Below are positions 14,316 to 25,325 of a stretch of DNA of 49,712 nucleotides, in pieces. Within the stretch, counting starts at the first letter, position 1; each line of letters starts with the position of its first letter. Under the pieces are notes generated by a model. That model was not told where the DNA came from, ran no database searches, and saw nothing but the letters and a program-made list of their open reading frames with translations. The translations under genes and the position numbers were made by a program. Location of the stretch: assembly GCF_001194135.2 (NCBI RefSeq), contig NC_068991.1, positions 21,589,125 to 21,638,836 on the forward strand, read 5' to 3'. This stretch comes from Octopus bimaculoides. Taxonomy: Eukaryota.

Positions 14316-14374
14316 GTAAGAATTTTTAATTATGTCTTCTGTAAATATTTTCTCTGTATTTTTTTTATTAATAG

Positions 14375-14530
14375 TGGAGACATGTGGCCTAGTGGGTAGC
14401 ACGTTAGACTCCCAGTCATAATGTCATGGCTTCAATCCCTAGACCAGGCAGTGTGTTGTGTCCTTGAGCAAGGCATCTCATTTCATGTTGCTCTACTCTG
14501 CTCAACTGTAACGAGTACCAACTATGTACA
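14375..14530 (+). mobile_element. tRNA-derived SINE family E (degenerate)
   Basis: tggcctagtgg...ttcaatccc...gtccttgagcaagg. Similar copies at about 26935-27180(+) and 2990-3105(-). Confidence 0.6.
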
Positions 14531-14869
14531 ACACTTTCTCCCTCCTATTGTCTCATCCTGAACATTTCATTGCATCACGAATGAGAGGGTTCATGGGTAC
14601 ACAAGAATCTAAAACAGCTAGGAAAAAGCTTGGTATATACTATTACTTAAGCTTTACCTAAGCCTTTCACTCCCTATGGAGCATAAGCCATCCTCCACCC
14701 TTTTTCACTCTGGGCTATCTTTTCGACTTCTCTCCAGATGGATCTCTGCATTTTTTATCTCCGCTTCAGTATTGTATGTATCTCTGAGGGAAGGCCTTCC
14801 TCTCCCAGGTTTTGTTGATTTTGAGTTATCATCAAGGCTTCTCTAATTTTGCTTTTTTTCTAGATAGTG

Positions 14870-15194
14870 GTGTTGACCCTATGCAAACCCATTTTTACCA
14901 ATTTGGACTACGTCCTCCACAGGTGCCCCCTCGATTGTGATTGGCTCTTCCTGCTTGTTGTTGATATGCAGCACTTTTGTCTTTTCCTGGATGATCCTCA
15001 AGCCCACTCGCCATGATGTTTCTCTCAGGTGGTCTACCTTATCTTGCATGTGTTGAAGGCGATGTGACAGTAGTGCGAGATCATCTGTGTAGTCCAAGTC
15101 TTCCAGCTTGTTCATCAATGTCCACTGAATACCTTTCCCAGGGGTAGCGTAGGCCGTCCTGGTGACCCAGTCTAGCACGACAAGGAACAGGAGC

Positions 15195-15196
<2 letters not shown>
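14870..15196 (-). mobile_element. RTE-type RT fragment (second family)
   Basis: PLLFLVVLDWV...LEDLDYTDDLALLSHRLQHMQ...GLRIIQEKTKVL, a YADD-region RT motif truncated by (AT)n. Confidence 0.8.
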
Positions 15197-15231
<35 letters not shown>

Positions 15232-16519
15232 NNNNNNNNNNNNNNNNNNNNNNNNNNNNNNNNNNNNNNNNNNNNNNNNNNNNNNNNNNNNNNNNNNNNN
15301 NNNNNNNNNNNNNNNNNNNNNNNNNNNNNNNNNNNNNNNNNNNNNNNNNNNNNNNNNNNNNNNNNNNNNNNNNNNNNNNNNNNNNNNNNNNNNNNNNNNN
15401 NNNNNNNNNNNNNNNNNNNNNNNNNNNNNNNNNNNNNNNNNNNNNNNNNNNNNNNNNNNNNNNNNNNNNNNNNNNNNNNNNNNNNNNNNNNNNNNNNNNN
15501 NNNNNNNNNNNNNNNNNNNNNNNNNNNNNNNNNNNNNNNNNNNNNNNNNNNNNNNNNNNNNNNNNNNNNNNNNNNNNNNNNNNNNNNNNNNNNNNNNNNN
15601 NNNNNNNNNNNNNNNNNNNNNNNNNNNNNNNNNNNNNNNNNNNNNNNNNNNNNNNNNNNNNNNNNNNNNNNNNNNNNNNNNNNNNNNNNNNNNNNNNNNN
15701 NNNNNNNNNNNNNNNNNNNNNNNNNNNNNNNNNNNNNNNNNNNNNNNNNNNNNNNNNNNNNNNNNNNNNNNNNNNNNNNNNNNNNNNNNNNNNNNNNNNN
15801 NNNNNNNNNNNNNNNNNNNNNNNNNNNNNNNNNNNNNNNNNNNNNNNNNNNNNNNNNNNNNCATAGCTCATTCCCTCTTGTTAGTGGACATTTAGAATCT
15901 ACTGGAGTAGAGATTGTACGTTCATGAGAAAAACAGAGAGAAAGAAAAATGAGGAGGAGGAGGAGGAGGAGGAGGAGGAGAGAAAGAGTGGGAGGGAGAG
16001 AAAGAATTTTGGGAAAGTGTAAGGTGTGAAGGGTGTCACCAAACACAGAAGCTAGTACCAATCTACTCTTAATAAGATGCTTGAGATACCTTTAAGGGTA
16101 TATGTGCGTGGGGAGAGTCTAGTTTAATCTTGTCAAACGTCTCACTTATTTTAAAGAATATTGTTGATGGAAAAAGTCAAGACAAACTACTAATGAGTAC
16201 GTATGCGTGCATATGTGTGCATGTGTGTGTGTGTGTGCAGGTGTGTGTGTGTGCAGGTATGTGTGTGTGTGTGTGTGTGTGTGCAGGTATGTGTGTGTAT
16301 GTGCAGGTGCGTGTGTGTGAGCAGGTGCGTGTGTGTGAGCAGGTATATGTGTGTGCAGGTGTGTGTGTGTGTGTGTGTGTGTGTACATGTGCATGTGCAT
16401 TTGTACATGTAATATATATTTACATGCACACACATATATACATATACATATAATATATATCTTCTTCATCTTCTTAGCTGCTTTCTCGTATACGAGCAAA
16501 GCCATTGCTAAAAATAATT

Positions 16520-17290
16520 ACTGAAATGAGTCATTGTTGATGCAGCACGAGGCCTTTCTATGACTCTTGAGCTCGGTGAAAGTTTTGCACATTCTATTAC
16601 ATAATATACAGCTGTGCTGGCTGGCTGGCTGGCTGGCAGAAGAAACAGGTGTCACAGTATGAACGCTTTTGACATGCCTTTACAATCCTCCAACTGAGAG
16701 ACACACATGGTGCTTCTGTGAAGTCAGCTCCTAGACAGGAAAACTTTAGTGTGTCAATATCCAGAGAAGTAATATGTTCAAGATATGGTAAGTGACTGAC
16801 AGAGGGTATTCATTTGGTTGCATGTCTCAGGACAGCTTCCAGCTGATCAATATTCTGGACAAGATGGGGGTTCTGGTTTGGAGATGCAAATTGTAAGTGT
16901 GAGTGCTACATAGCCAAATATAATTTTAAGTACACTGCTGGTGAGTAGTTGACAAAGGGCTTACTGAGTGATATTAAGATACCTTTGATACCTTTGGCCT
17001 TTTTACAGTTTTAGAAATATGATTCATCGACACAGATTTTTGTTGACAATAATGTTTAGGTCACATTCATCTGCAGACTTTTTAATGTTGGTATTGAAGA
17101 CAGAGTAGGGAAATTCTAGAATTTTCCTTGCAAAATATATGGTAGCGCACTTCCTCACAACCAGCTTGAGTTGTTAGCCAGCAATTGAGTACATGGAGTC
17201 CAGGTCAGACTGCAAGGATGTATAGCATATAGCATCCATTCTTTTCATCTCAAGGCACAGCTTAGTGTCATTTGCATTTTTAACACAGTA
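16520..17290 (-). mobile_element. Highly decayed CR1/L2-like LINE RT C-terminal fragment
   Basis: Minus-strand frames read NANDTKLC...LQSDLDSM, KCATIYF, LKLYLAM*HSHLQFASP...IDQLEAVLRHATK*IP, LPYLEHITSL. These correspond to CR1 motifs ADDTKL / LQxDLD / RPHLEY / VQRRATK. Confidence 0.65.
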
Positions 17291-17489
17291 ACATGCTTCA
17301 GTTTAGCATTTATTTCATTTATGAATGCAACAAATAACAAGAGACTGAGAACAAATCTCTGGGAATGCCAGAAGACATTGCATTATGTACAGTATGTTGG
17401 TTCTAGTACAGTAACTATGTCTTTTCAATCAAAACTGAAGGACTACAAACTGTTATAAATATTGGTGATAAATATAAATATTAGTCCTC

Positions 17490-17950
17490 TCATCATCCTC
17501 ATCGTCATCATCGTTTAACGTCTGCTTTCCATGCTAGCATGGGTTGGACGATTTGACTGAGGACTGGTGAAACCAGATGGCTACACGAGGCGCCAATCTG
17601 ATTTGGCAGAGTTTCTACAGCTGGATGCCCTTCCTAATGCCAACCACTCAGAGAGTGTAGTGGGTGCTTTTACATGTCACCCGCATGAAGGCTAGTCAGG
17701 CGGTACTGGCAACGGCCATGCTCAAAATCATGTTTTTTATGTGCCACCTGCACAGGAGCCAGTCCAGCAGCACTGGCAATGACCTTGCTCGAATGTTTTT
17801 TCACGTGCCACCAGCACAAGTGCCAGTAAGGTGATACTGGTAACGATCATGCTCAAATGGTGCTATTTACGTGCCACTGGCATGGAAGCCAGACAGCTGC
17901 TCTGGCAATGATCATGTTCGGATGGTGTGCTTAGCGCTCCACTGGCACAT
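17490..17950 (-). mobile_element. Dispersed retroposon tail family C ending in (GAT)n
   Basis: catcatcgtttaacgt..ttccatgctagcatgggttggacg...ggatgcccttcctaa..caacc. Near-identical copies at 38566-38895 and 46969-47111, with degenerate copies in the opposite orientation at about 7260-7365 and 10960-11105. Confidence 0.8.
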
Positions 17951-18796
17951 TTTGTTTCACAAGGTCACCAGTTATAATGATAAAGGTTTTGTCTGAAAGC
18001 TGCAATTCTCTTGTTCAGGGTCACCAATTGTAACAGTAAGGTTTTTAGTTGAAGTCGAGGGTCACCACTTGTACGATTATAATTTGTTTGTAGTTACCAA
18101 TTGTAATGGTTGTAAGATGAACGATGAACAGTGATCGAAGTTGTAAAGAAATATTTATTTGCTGTTACTTTATAAATGCCATACCATGACGGGTAGGTTA
18201 GTGTAATAGTATAACACAATTCATAAAGTATGCAAGGTAAAGAAAGTTAATTTCGGCCTGTATATGTGTGTAAACAATCTTGTAACGGTATATAGACAGA
18301 GATATGGTAATGTTACAGAGAAAAAAAAGTGAGCTAGTGAAAGTTGTAGAGTCGAGGGAGGTTGTGTCTCATAGTTGGCTAGTTGTAACCTTCTTTCTCC
18401 CTCTAGTCAAGGTTCTGGCTGGTCAGCCAGACTTCGTTCTCTTTGAGTCGTCACTATGTGACTGAACTCGTTGAGTCATCACCGACTGGTGACTAGGCTA
18501 AATTTTTCTTGAGGTTTCCTTGCTTTTATAACAATCCAGAAGGATAGATATATTATTGAGAACAATAGATTTAGTTGGTGGTCTTGTTATCTCTATTCTA
18601 GATTTTGGTGATATAGAAGAGGTTAGAAAGGGTCAAGTGGTGAAGACATTGTTTCGGCCTAGTTAAAGGCATCTGGAAAATATTAAACTGCTGTCAGAGA
18701 AAAACCATTGTTCCACCGTGGGAAAAGTTCTGTTGCAGTTCTGTTAAATTTGGCTATAGTGGATCGAATCCACTTCATGCATGCAAGATCCACTAC

Positions 18797-18901
<105 letters not shown>

Positions 18902-19074
18902 TGTGTATGTATGTATGTATGTATGTATGTATGTATGTATCAAATACCCCATTAATATTTGGTTTTTTATTGTTTTTTTTTTATTTCACTGACATATTAA
19001 ACATCAGTCATGCTTCATTCTGCATATCAACCAACCGAATAATTTACATATTCATTCACTATTTCTACTAAAAG

Positions 19075-19248
19075 CCACTAGAGTTGGAAATATCAATGTA
19101 CCGACAAGCCTCAGCAACAGACTCACTAAAGTTGATCTTCACCCAACACACAAAATTAAACAGTACCCAGCAGGAACAAACCAGCTGGATAAACCTAGAG
19201 CTTTACCTGTCACCAAACCACACCAAAGTGGTTTCAGTACCATTATTG
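19075..19248 (+). CDS. Exon 4: MNNL/C2 C-terminal strands
   Basis: aaag| acceptor, TTG|gtaagt donor, phase 0 to 0, 174 nt: PLELEISMYRQASATDSLKLIFTQHTKLNSTQQEQTSWINLELYLSPNHTKVVSVPLL. The pattern parallels Delta GTFSLIIEA...LISRL..QRHL...EW. Confidence 0.7.
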
Positions 19249-19570
19249 GTAAGTAAATAGGATGTCTTAGTATATTTATTTGTTATTTTTATGTCTGTTT
19301 TCCATTATTATCTCACAATCCACCCAATGAGAGTTTCAGCAAAAAAGTATTCCAGTTGTTTAATCTACAGAATTACCTACTCATTGTATTATAGGTATCA
19401 TAGTGTAAGTGGCTGGGTATTCTAACCACTGGAATGTGCAGATATAAATACATATACATTCATATACATTCATATACGTTCACACACAAACACACACATA
19501 TACACACATGCATGTATACATGTGTATACATGTGTGAGTATGTGTGTGTGTGAGAGAGAGAGGAGAGAGG

Positions 19571-19603
<33 letters not shown>

Positions 19604-20323
19604 CATGCTGAGATAGCTCTGTTGCTACACTGAGCTTTCTAAATTCTCTCTGGCCATACACCTAAAATGCATTATATATCACAACTAAGCTAGACATGAG
19701 CAGTATCTTAACCAACATAAAAAACGGCTGATATTGAAATAATATTAATAATAATAATATGTAGTACCAGACAGTGGTTCTCATGGCTTCTGATCTTAAC
19801 TGATTGAAAGTGCTATCATGTAAATTGTTTTGTCTTAGTATAAACGATGGGTTACAGCAAATATTTTGCTCAATACCACAGATTTTCTTGTTGGTTGTTT
19901 GACCTTAACCAGTTGAGCATGCCCCTTGGTGGCTGATGATATGTGCATCTCTGATCATGAGCAGAAGTAGTGGAGGAGCATCATAGTCATGTGTTGAGAG
20001 GAATTTTTTGGAATTTGGATTATTCACCTCTGGAAATATGGGTGTTTCGTTCAACATCCTTAAACATTCCTAATTCAAGGACCTTTTGAGTGGTATGGGC
20101 TACTCGACCTGAAGAAAGTTCTAACTGGGCCCCACCTGCAAGGTCATGCACTGTTGATCTTCATATAAGATCACCATGTCATGCACACAGGGTTGTGATG
20201 CATGTGCCTTGTGTACCCTTATCAGACGGGTAGTCATGATGGGTATACTGGACCTCGTATATTTTACCCCAGTGTCACTTTGATGGCATGCACTGCTCTC
20301 TCACTTAGTAATAATACTAATAC

Positions 20324-20374
<51 letters not shown>

Positions 20375-20566
20375 AAAATTCGACCTGCTATCAGGAAATG
20401 ACTATATTCTATTAGATATAAAAGAAACTGAATTAGCTATTAAGTGCAGCCATGATAATCAATACCTTCCAATTAATGACAAGCTGAATACCGGTATACC
20501 TGGATCTAATGCATACACATTTGACTCACAATGAATATTCTATATATTCAGTCCACAAATATCACA

Positions 20567-20612
<46 letters not shown>

Positions 20613-20911
20613 TTTGTATGCATTGGCCCTCTTAACCTTTTAGCCCCTCTTTTTGACCCTCTGATGAAGCCATGAAGCACACTCAATACCCAAATTTTAT
20701 CTACCAATCCCTACAGAATACTGAAGAGATGGAAATAACATTGAGGGTACAGTAGCTTCTTGGCAGAAACGGCCGTAAGGAACTGTTCTTTTACTTTTTT
20801 ATGCATTACACATGTAATATGTACACATATATACATATATACATGCATACAGATATCTATACATATATACACCCATCACACACACATACACATGCACACA
20901 AACACACACAT

Positions 20912-21745
20912 TAGTCATTTGCTTTCTTATCCAAAACTACGTCAAAAGTACTGAATGGATCTTTATGAAATTTGGAAATTATATTCTTTGCATAACGGCC
21001 ATAACTCCCATGAAAATTCATATATTTTTGATGTTGATGAAATTTTAACCCGAACATAACAGATGAGCATTATTTAGAANNNNNNNNNNNNNNNNNNNNN
21101 NNNNNNNNNNNNNNNNNNNNNNNNNNNNNNNNNNNNNNNNNNNNNNNNNNNNNNNNNNNNNNNNNNNNNNNNNNNNNNNNNNNNNNNNNNNNNNNNNNNN
21201 NNNNNNNNNNNNNNNNNNNNNNNNNNNNNNNNNNNNNNNNNNNNNNNNNNNNNNNNNNNNNNNNNNNNNNNNNNNNNNNNNNNNNNNNNNNNNNNNNNNN
21301 NNNNNNNNNNNNNNNNNNNNNNNNNNNNNNNNNNNNNNNNNNNNNNNNNNNNNNNNNNNNNNNNNNNNNNNNNNNNNNNNNNNNNNNNNNNNNNNNNNNN
21401 NNNNNNNNNNNNNNNNNNNNNNNNNNNNNNNNNNNNNNNNNNNNNNNNNNNNNNNNNNNNNNNNNNNNNNNNNNNNNNNNNNNNNNNNNNNNNNNNNNNN
21501 NNNNNNNNNNNNNNNNNNNNNNNNNNNNNNNNNNNNNNNNNNNNNNNNNNNNNNNNNNNNNNNNNNNNNNNNNNNNNNNNNNNNNNNNNNNNNNNNNNNN
21601 NNNNNNNNNNNNNNNNNNNNNNNNNNNNNNNNNNNNNNNNNNNNNNNNNNNNNNNNNNNNNNNNNNNNNNNNNNNNNNNNNNNNNNNNNNNNNNNNNNNN
21701 NNNNNNNNNNNNNNNNNNNNNNNNNNNNNNNNNNNNNNNNTGCTA

Positions 21746-21748
<3 letters not shown>
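20912..21748 (-). mobile_element. Possible Helentron-associated non-autonomous (DINE/HINE-like) element
   Basis: On the minus strand it begins TACTAGC after (AT)n and ends with a caaatttcataaagatcc core next to a microsatellite. The middle is in a gap. Similar parts occur at 45417 and 46795-46880. Confidence 0.35.
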
Positions 21749-21781
<33 letters not shown>

Positions 21782-21878
21782 ATATATATTGATATATTGC
21801 ATATCCTTCGTATTCTTAAAATTCACACTTTCTTTTTTCTTTCTCGAACATGAAACCTCTGATGCACATCAATTGTAG

Positions 21879-22011
21879 CTTCTATGGAGTTGTGCAAATT
21901 ATTTCTATGGTACCAACTGCAGTACATTCTGTGATGCAACAAAGCACCAGCTGTTCTCTTGTGATAAGGCAGGAAATAAAGTCTGTCAACTTGGCACTGT
22001 AAATGAATACT
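21879..22011 (+). CDS. Exon 5: DSL domain
   Basis: tgtag| acceptor, T|gtaagt donor. LLWSCANYFYGTNCSTFCDATKHQLFSCDKAGNKVCQLGTVNEY(C) matches the DSL pattern C-x3-[YF]YG-x2-C-x2-FC...CD-x2-G-x-K-x-C-x2-G-x5-C. Confidence 0.9.
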
Positions 22012-22610
22012 GTAAGTACCATTTCTACTACAGCTACTGTTTTGGACTTAAATCCTTCATCAGAAAAAAATGAAAGCAAAGAAGAAAGGGTGAGATTGTA
22101 GGAGATAAAAATCTCAGTAAAAGAGGGAAGTTTATGCTATATATGGACCTACTTCAGCATCGCTTTCAAGATGGCACTAGAATAATTTAACTTATGGATT
22201 TCACCTCTCCTTTCTTCCTTCTAGTTTTCTCTAATTCTCTTTCCTTTTCTCTATTCCTGTCTTTATTTTCTGATGGAAGACTGAAGCTTGAAATAGTATG
22301 TAACATTTCTATATCTTCTTCATGCATTAAAAATAAAAGAATACTTCTTTTCAAATGTTAGCACAAGGCCAGCAATTCTGAGGGAGAGGGTTAGTCAATT
22401 ACATCAACCCAAATACTTGACTGGCACTTCATTTTATTGGTCCTAAAGAGAGGAAAAGATTTGAACAGGGAGTGTAAAGAGGTGGAAGAAATGCAGATGA
22501 ATATCTTTTTTTTTTTTTTGATGTGTTAATAATTCTGTAAACTTGCTGCCTAAATAATAACAACAACAACGACAACAACAACAACGACAACAATAATAAT
22601 AATAATAATA

Positions 22611-23094
22611 GTCAAGACGAAGAGCGCGATTCGATTGTATAAATGTTTTATTCTGAATCTACCCCACTTTCACTTCTCAGAATGTATGAGGAGAAATATG
22701 TTTNNNNNNNNNNNNNNNNNNNNNNNNNNNNNNNNNNNNNNNNNNNNNNNNNNNNNNNNNNNNNNNNNNNNNNNNNNNNNNNNNNNNNNNNNNNNNNNNN
22801 NNNNNNNNNNNNNNNNNNNNNNNNNNNNNNNNNNNNNNNNNNNNNNNNNNNNNNNNNNNNNNNNNNNNNNNNNNNNNNNNNNNNNNNNNNNNNNNNNNNN
22901 NNNNNNNNNNNNNNNNNNNNNNNNNNNNNNNNNNNNNNNNNNNNNNNNNNNNNNNNNNNNNNNNNNNNNNNNNNNNNNNNNNNNNNNNNNNNNNNNNNNN
23001 NNNNNNNNNNNNNNNNNNNNNNNNNNNNNNNNNNNCGAAATATTGTTCAACGAATAAAACATTTATACAATCGAATCACGCTCTTCGTCTTGAC
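22611..23094. mobile_element. TIR element (MITE-like), interior mostly in assembly gap
   Basis: 42-bp inverted repeats 22611-22652 and 23053-23094 (41/42 identical), with TA on both outer sides. Confidence 0.7.
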
Positions 23095-23131
23095 TATTTA
23101 CCTTCGTGAAGAGTTACGTCAATCCTTTTTA

Positions 23132-23188
<57 letters not shown>

Positions 23189-23189
<1 letters not shown>

Positions 23190-23644
23190 CTCAGAGACCA
23201 GACACTGTTGTGGTGGATAAAAGAAAAAAGGAAACTAAGTCCTTAGATATTACTATACCTGGAGATGTATGTGTAGGTGACAAAGAGCTGGAAAAGACAG
23301 AGAAATACAGACTACTAAAAGTCAAAATTGCAAGAATGTGAGCAATGAGGAGAGTAACTGTTATTCCAGCAGTCGTAGGGGAACTCGGATCACTAACAAC
23401 TAGGTTTGAGAAATATGTCAGAGAAATTGGAATTGACATGAGGGCAGAGCAGGCCCAAAAAGCTTCACTACTGGGAACAGCTAGGATTTTTAGATTGGTG
23501 ATTGGGTGCTGAGTGCCTTCCATGGTAGCATCCAGGTACCAAAGCTTATAATTTGTGGAAAGAGACATTGTGAGACCTCTGGTAACAGGTTGCTGCCTGC
23601 TCTCAAAAAATCAACCAGAGCAAGTAAGATTGAGACCTCTGAGA
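23189..23644 (+). mobile_element. 5'-truncated RLE-type (R4/Dong-like) retrotransposon inside (AAT)n
   Basis: QRPDTVVVDKRKKETKSLDITIPGD...ELEKTEKYRLLKVKIARM*...IPAVVGELG...QKASLLGTARIF, a PD-(D/E)xK restriction-like endonuclease. (AAT)n lies on both sides. Confidence 0.8.
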
Positions 23645-23686
<42 letters not shown>

Positions 23687-23786
23687 NNNNNNNNNNNNNN
23701 NNNNNNNNNNNNNNNNNNNNNNNNNNNNNNNNNNNNNNNNNNNNNNNNNNNNNNNNNNNNNNNNNNNNNNNNNNNNNNNNNNNNNN

Positions 23787-23828
<42 letters not shown>

Positions 23829-24281
23829 GTGTGTGTGTACATGTATCATCAGTATTATCATTGTTATCTATTTTAGCATCCACTTTTCTATACTTACATA
23901 GATCAGATAGAATGCATTCAGTCAGATTTTGTGAAGCTGGATGTCTTTCCTCTTACAATACCTCATTTGTTTCCAAGCAAGGTAATATTTCCCCACAACC
24001 AGACAATTTCACAAAAGACTCAAAGCAAATAACTCTTTTTATACGATGAGAACATTTGCTTACGACTATACAGCAATGTCAAAACAAAGAAACATAACCC
24101 ACCCACCTCAACAAACGCACATACACATGTTCAGTGTGGATTATAGTCTAGTCACCCGTATTGTAAATCGGGTGGTTCATGAAGATGTCATACCCAGTAA
24201 CTGGTGTAGCAGTACCATAGTCAACTGCTACAAAGGTAAAGGTGATGCCTAAGATAGAAATAATTACAGAAATATCAAATT

Positions 24282-24542
24282 TAGAAATAATACATTTCTA
24301 AATCTCCCAGAGAGATTTATGCAGTAGTGATACGATGAAGTAGTTGTATGCTGTCAACTTAATGTGACAGTCCCCTGAAGGGAGTAATACTACTGTTGGT
24401 TAGACCTAGGAAGCTGCACCACTTCCTGTTGGCCTTGACACATTTCCTGTGTCTTTATGCAGCTTCCTAGGTCTAACCAACAGTAGTATTATTCCCTTCA
24501 GGAGACTGTCACATTAAGTTGACAGCATACAACTACTTCAAG
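24282..24542. repeat. Insertion containing an 83-bp inverted repeat (24336-24418 / 24458-24540)
   Basis: Arms 81/83 complementary with a 39-nt loop, flanked by the direct repeat tatcaaatt (24273-24281, 24543-24551). A related single-arm copy lies at 33590-33775 in opposite orientation. Confidence 0.9.
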
Positions 24543-25161
24543 TATCAAATTGTTGGATCGGGTAATGAAAGTTGCAGAGAGTCATAGCCCAGCTAATTAG
24601 GGAGAGAGAGTTAGTCTAGATGCGATGCAGTTTGGTTTTGTGCCTGGTAGAAGCATCACTGATGCTATATTTCTGGTAGGGCATCTGCAGGAGAAGATAA
24701 ACCTCTATACTTGGCTTTTGTTGACTTGGAGAAAGCTTTTGACAGAGTCCCCCACTCCCTTATCTGGTGGTCAATGAGGAAACTAGGGATNNNNNNNNNN
24801 ACTCCCTTATCTGGTGGTCAATGAGGAAACTAGGGATAGATGAGTGGTTGGTGAAAGCCATACAAGCCTTGTACAGGGATGCTACCAGTAAGATGGGGAT
24901 AAGCAATGAGTGCAGCAAAGAATTCAGGGTACAAGTAGGGGTTCACCAAGGGTTGGTTGTCAGCTCCTTCTTGTTCATCATAGTCTTCCAGGCAATAACA
25001 GAGGAACTCAAGGCAGGATGCTCCTCAGAGCACCCCTATGCTGATGACCTTGCTCTTATACCTGAATAACCACCAGAACTGGAGAAGAAGTTCCAGGTAT
25101 AGAAGCAATTATTTACATTATTTACATTTGACGGATATTTGTCCTCATTTTGTTTGTTGTT

Positions 25162-25202
25162 AACACAACGTTTCGGCTGATATACCCTCCAGCCTTCGTC
25201 AG
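25162..25202 (-). ncRNA. Hammerhead-ribozyme-like core (minimal type I, truncated), Penelope-type
   Basis: Minus strand CTGACGA-A-GGCTG-gagggtatat-CAGCC-GAAA-CGTT-GTGTT. The 5' strand of stem I is missing in this copy. Confidence 0.4.
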
Positions 25203-25286
25203 TAGGGCATATGGTGTAGTGGTTAAGAGCGCGGGCTACTAACCCCAAGGTTCCGAGTTCGATTCACGGCAGCGACCTGATTAATA

Positions 25287-25325
<39 letters not shown>

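Noticed and set aside
17690-17950. Repeated tgccac/ggcac units resembling a spacer-repeat array
   Set aside because: They are internal degenerate tandem repeats of retroposon family C, also seen at 38740-38890. This is eukaryotic DNA with no CRISPR structure.
19075-19248. Alternative phase-1 reading of exon 4 (ATRVGNINVPTSLSNRL...), which is also open and looks mucin-like
   Set aside because: It is incompatible with the phase-0 donor of exon 3 and the phase-0 acceptor of the DSL exon. The phase-0 frame fits the MNNL pattern.
20380-20534. Non-repetitive-looking ORF tail EKFDLLSGNDY...
   Set aside because: No convincing splice sites, and it is not needed for the exon chain. It follows an (AAT)n tract at the end of a dispersed repeat (related reverse copy at 10418-10560), so it is probably repeat-derived.
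24750-24840. Direct repeat actcccttatctggtggtcaatgaggaaactagggat on both sides of a 10-N gap
   Set aside because: Unmerged contig overlap. The sister LINE copy has this sequence once.
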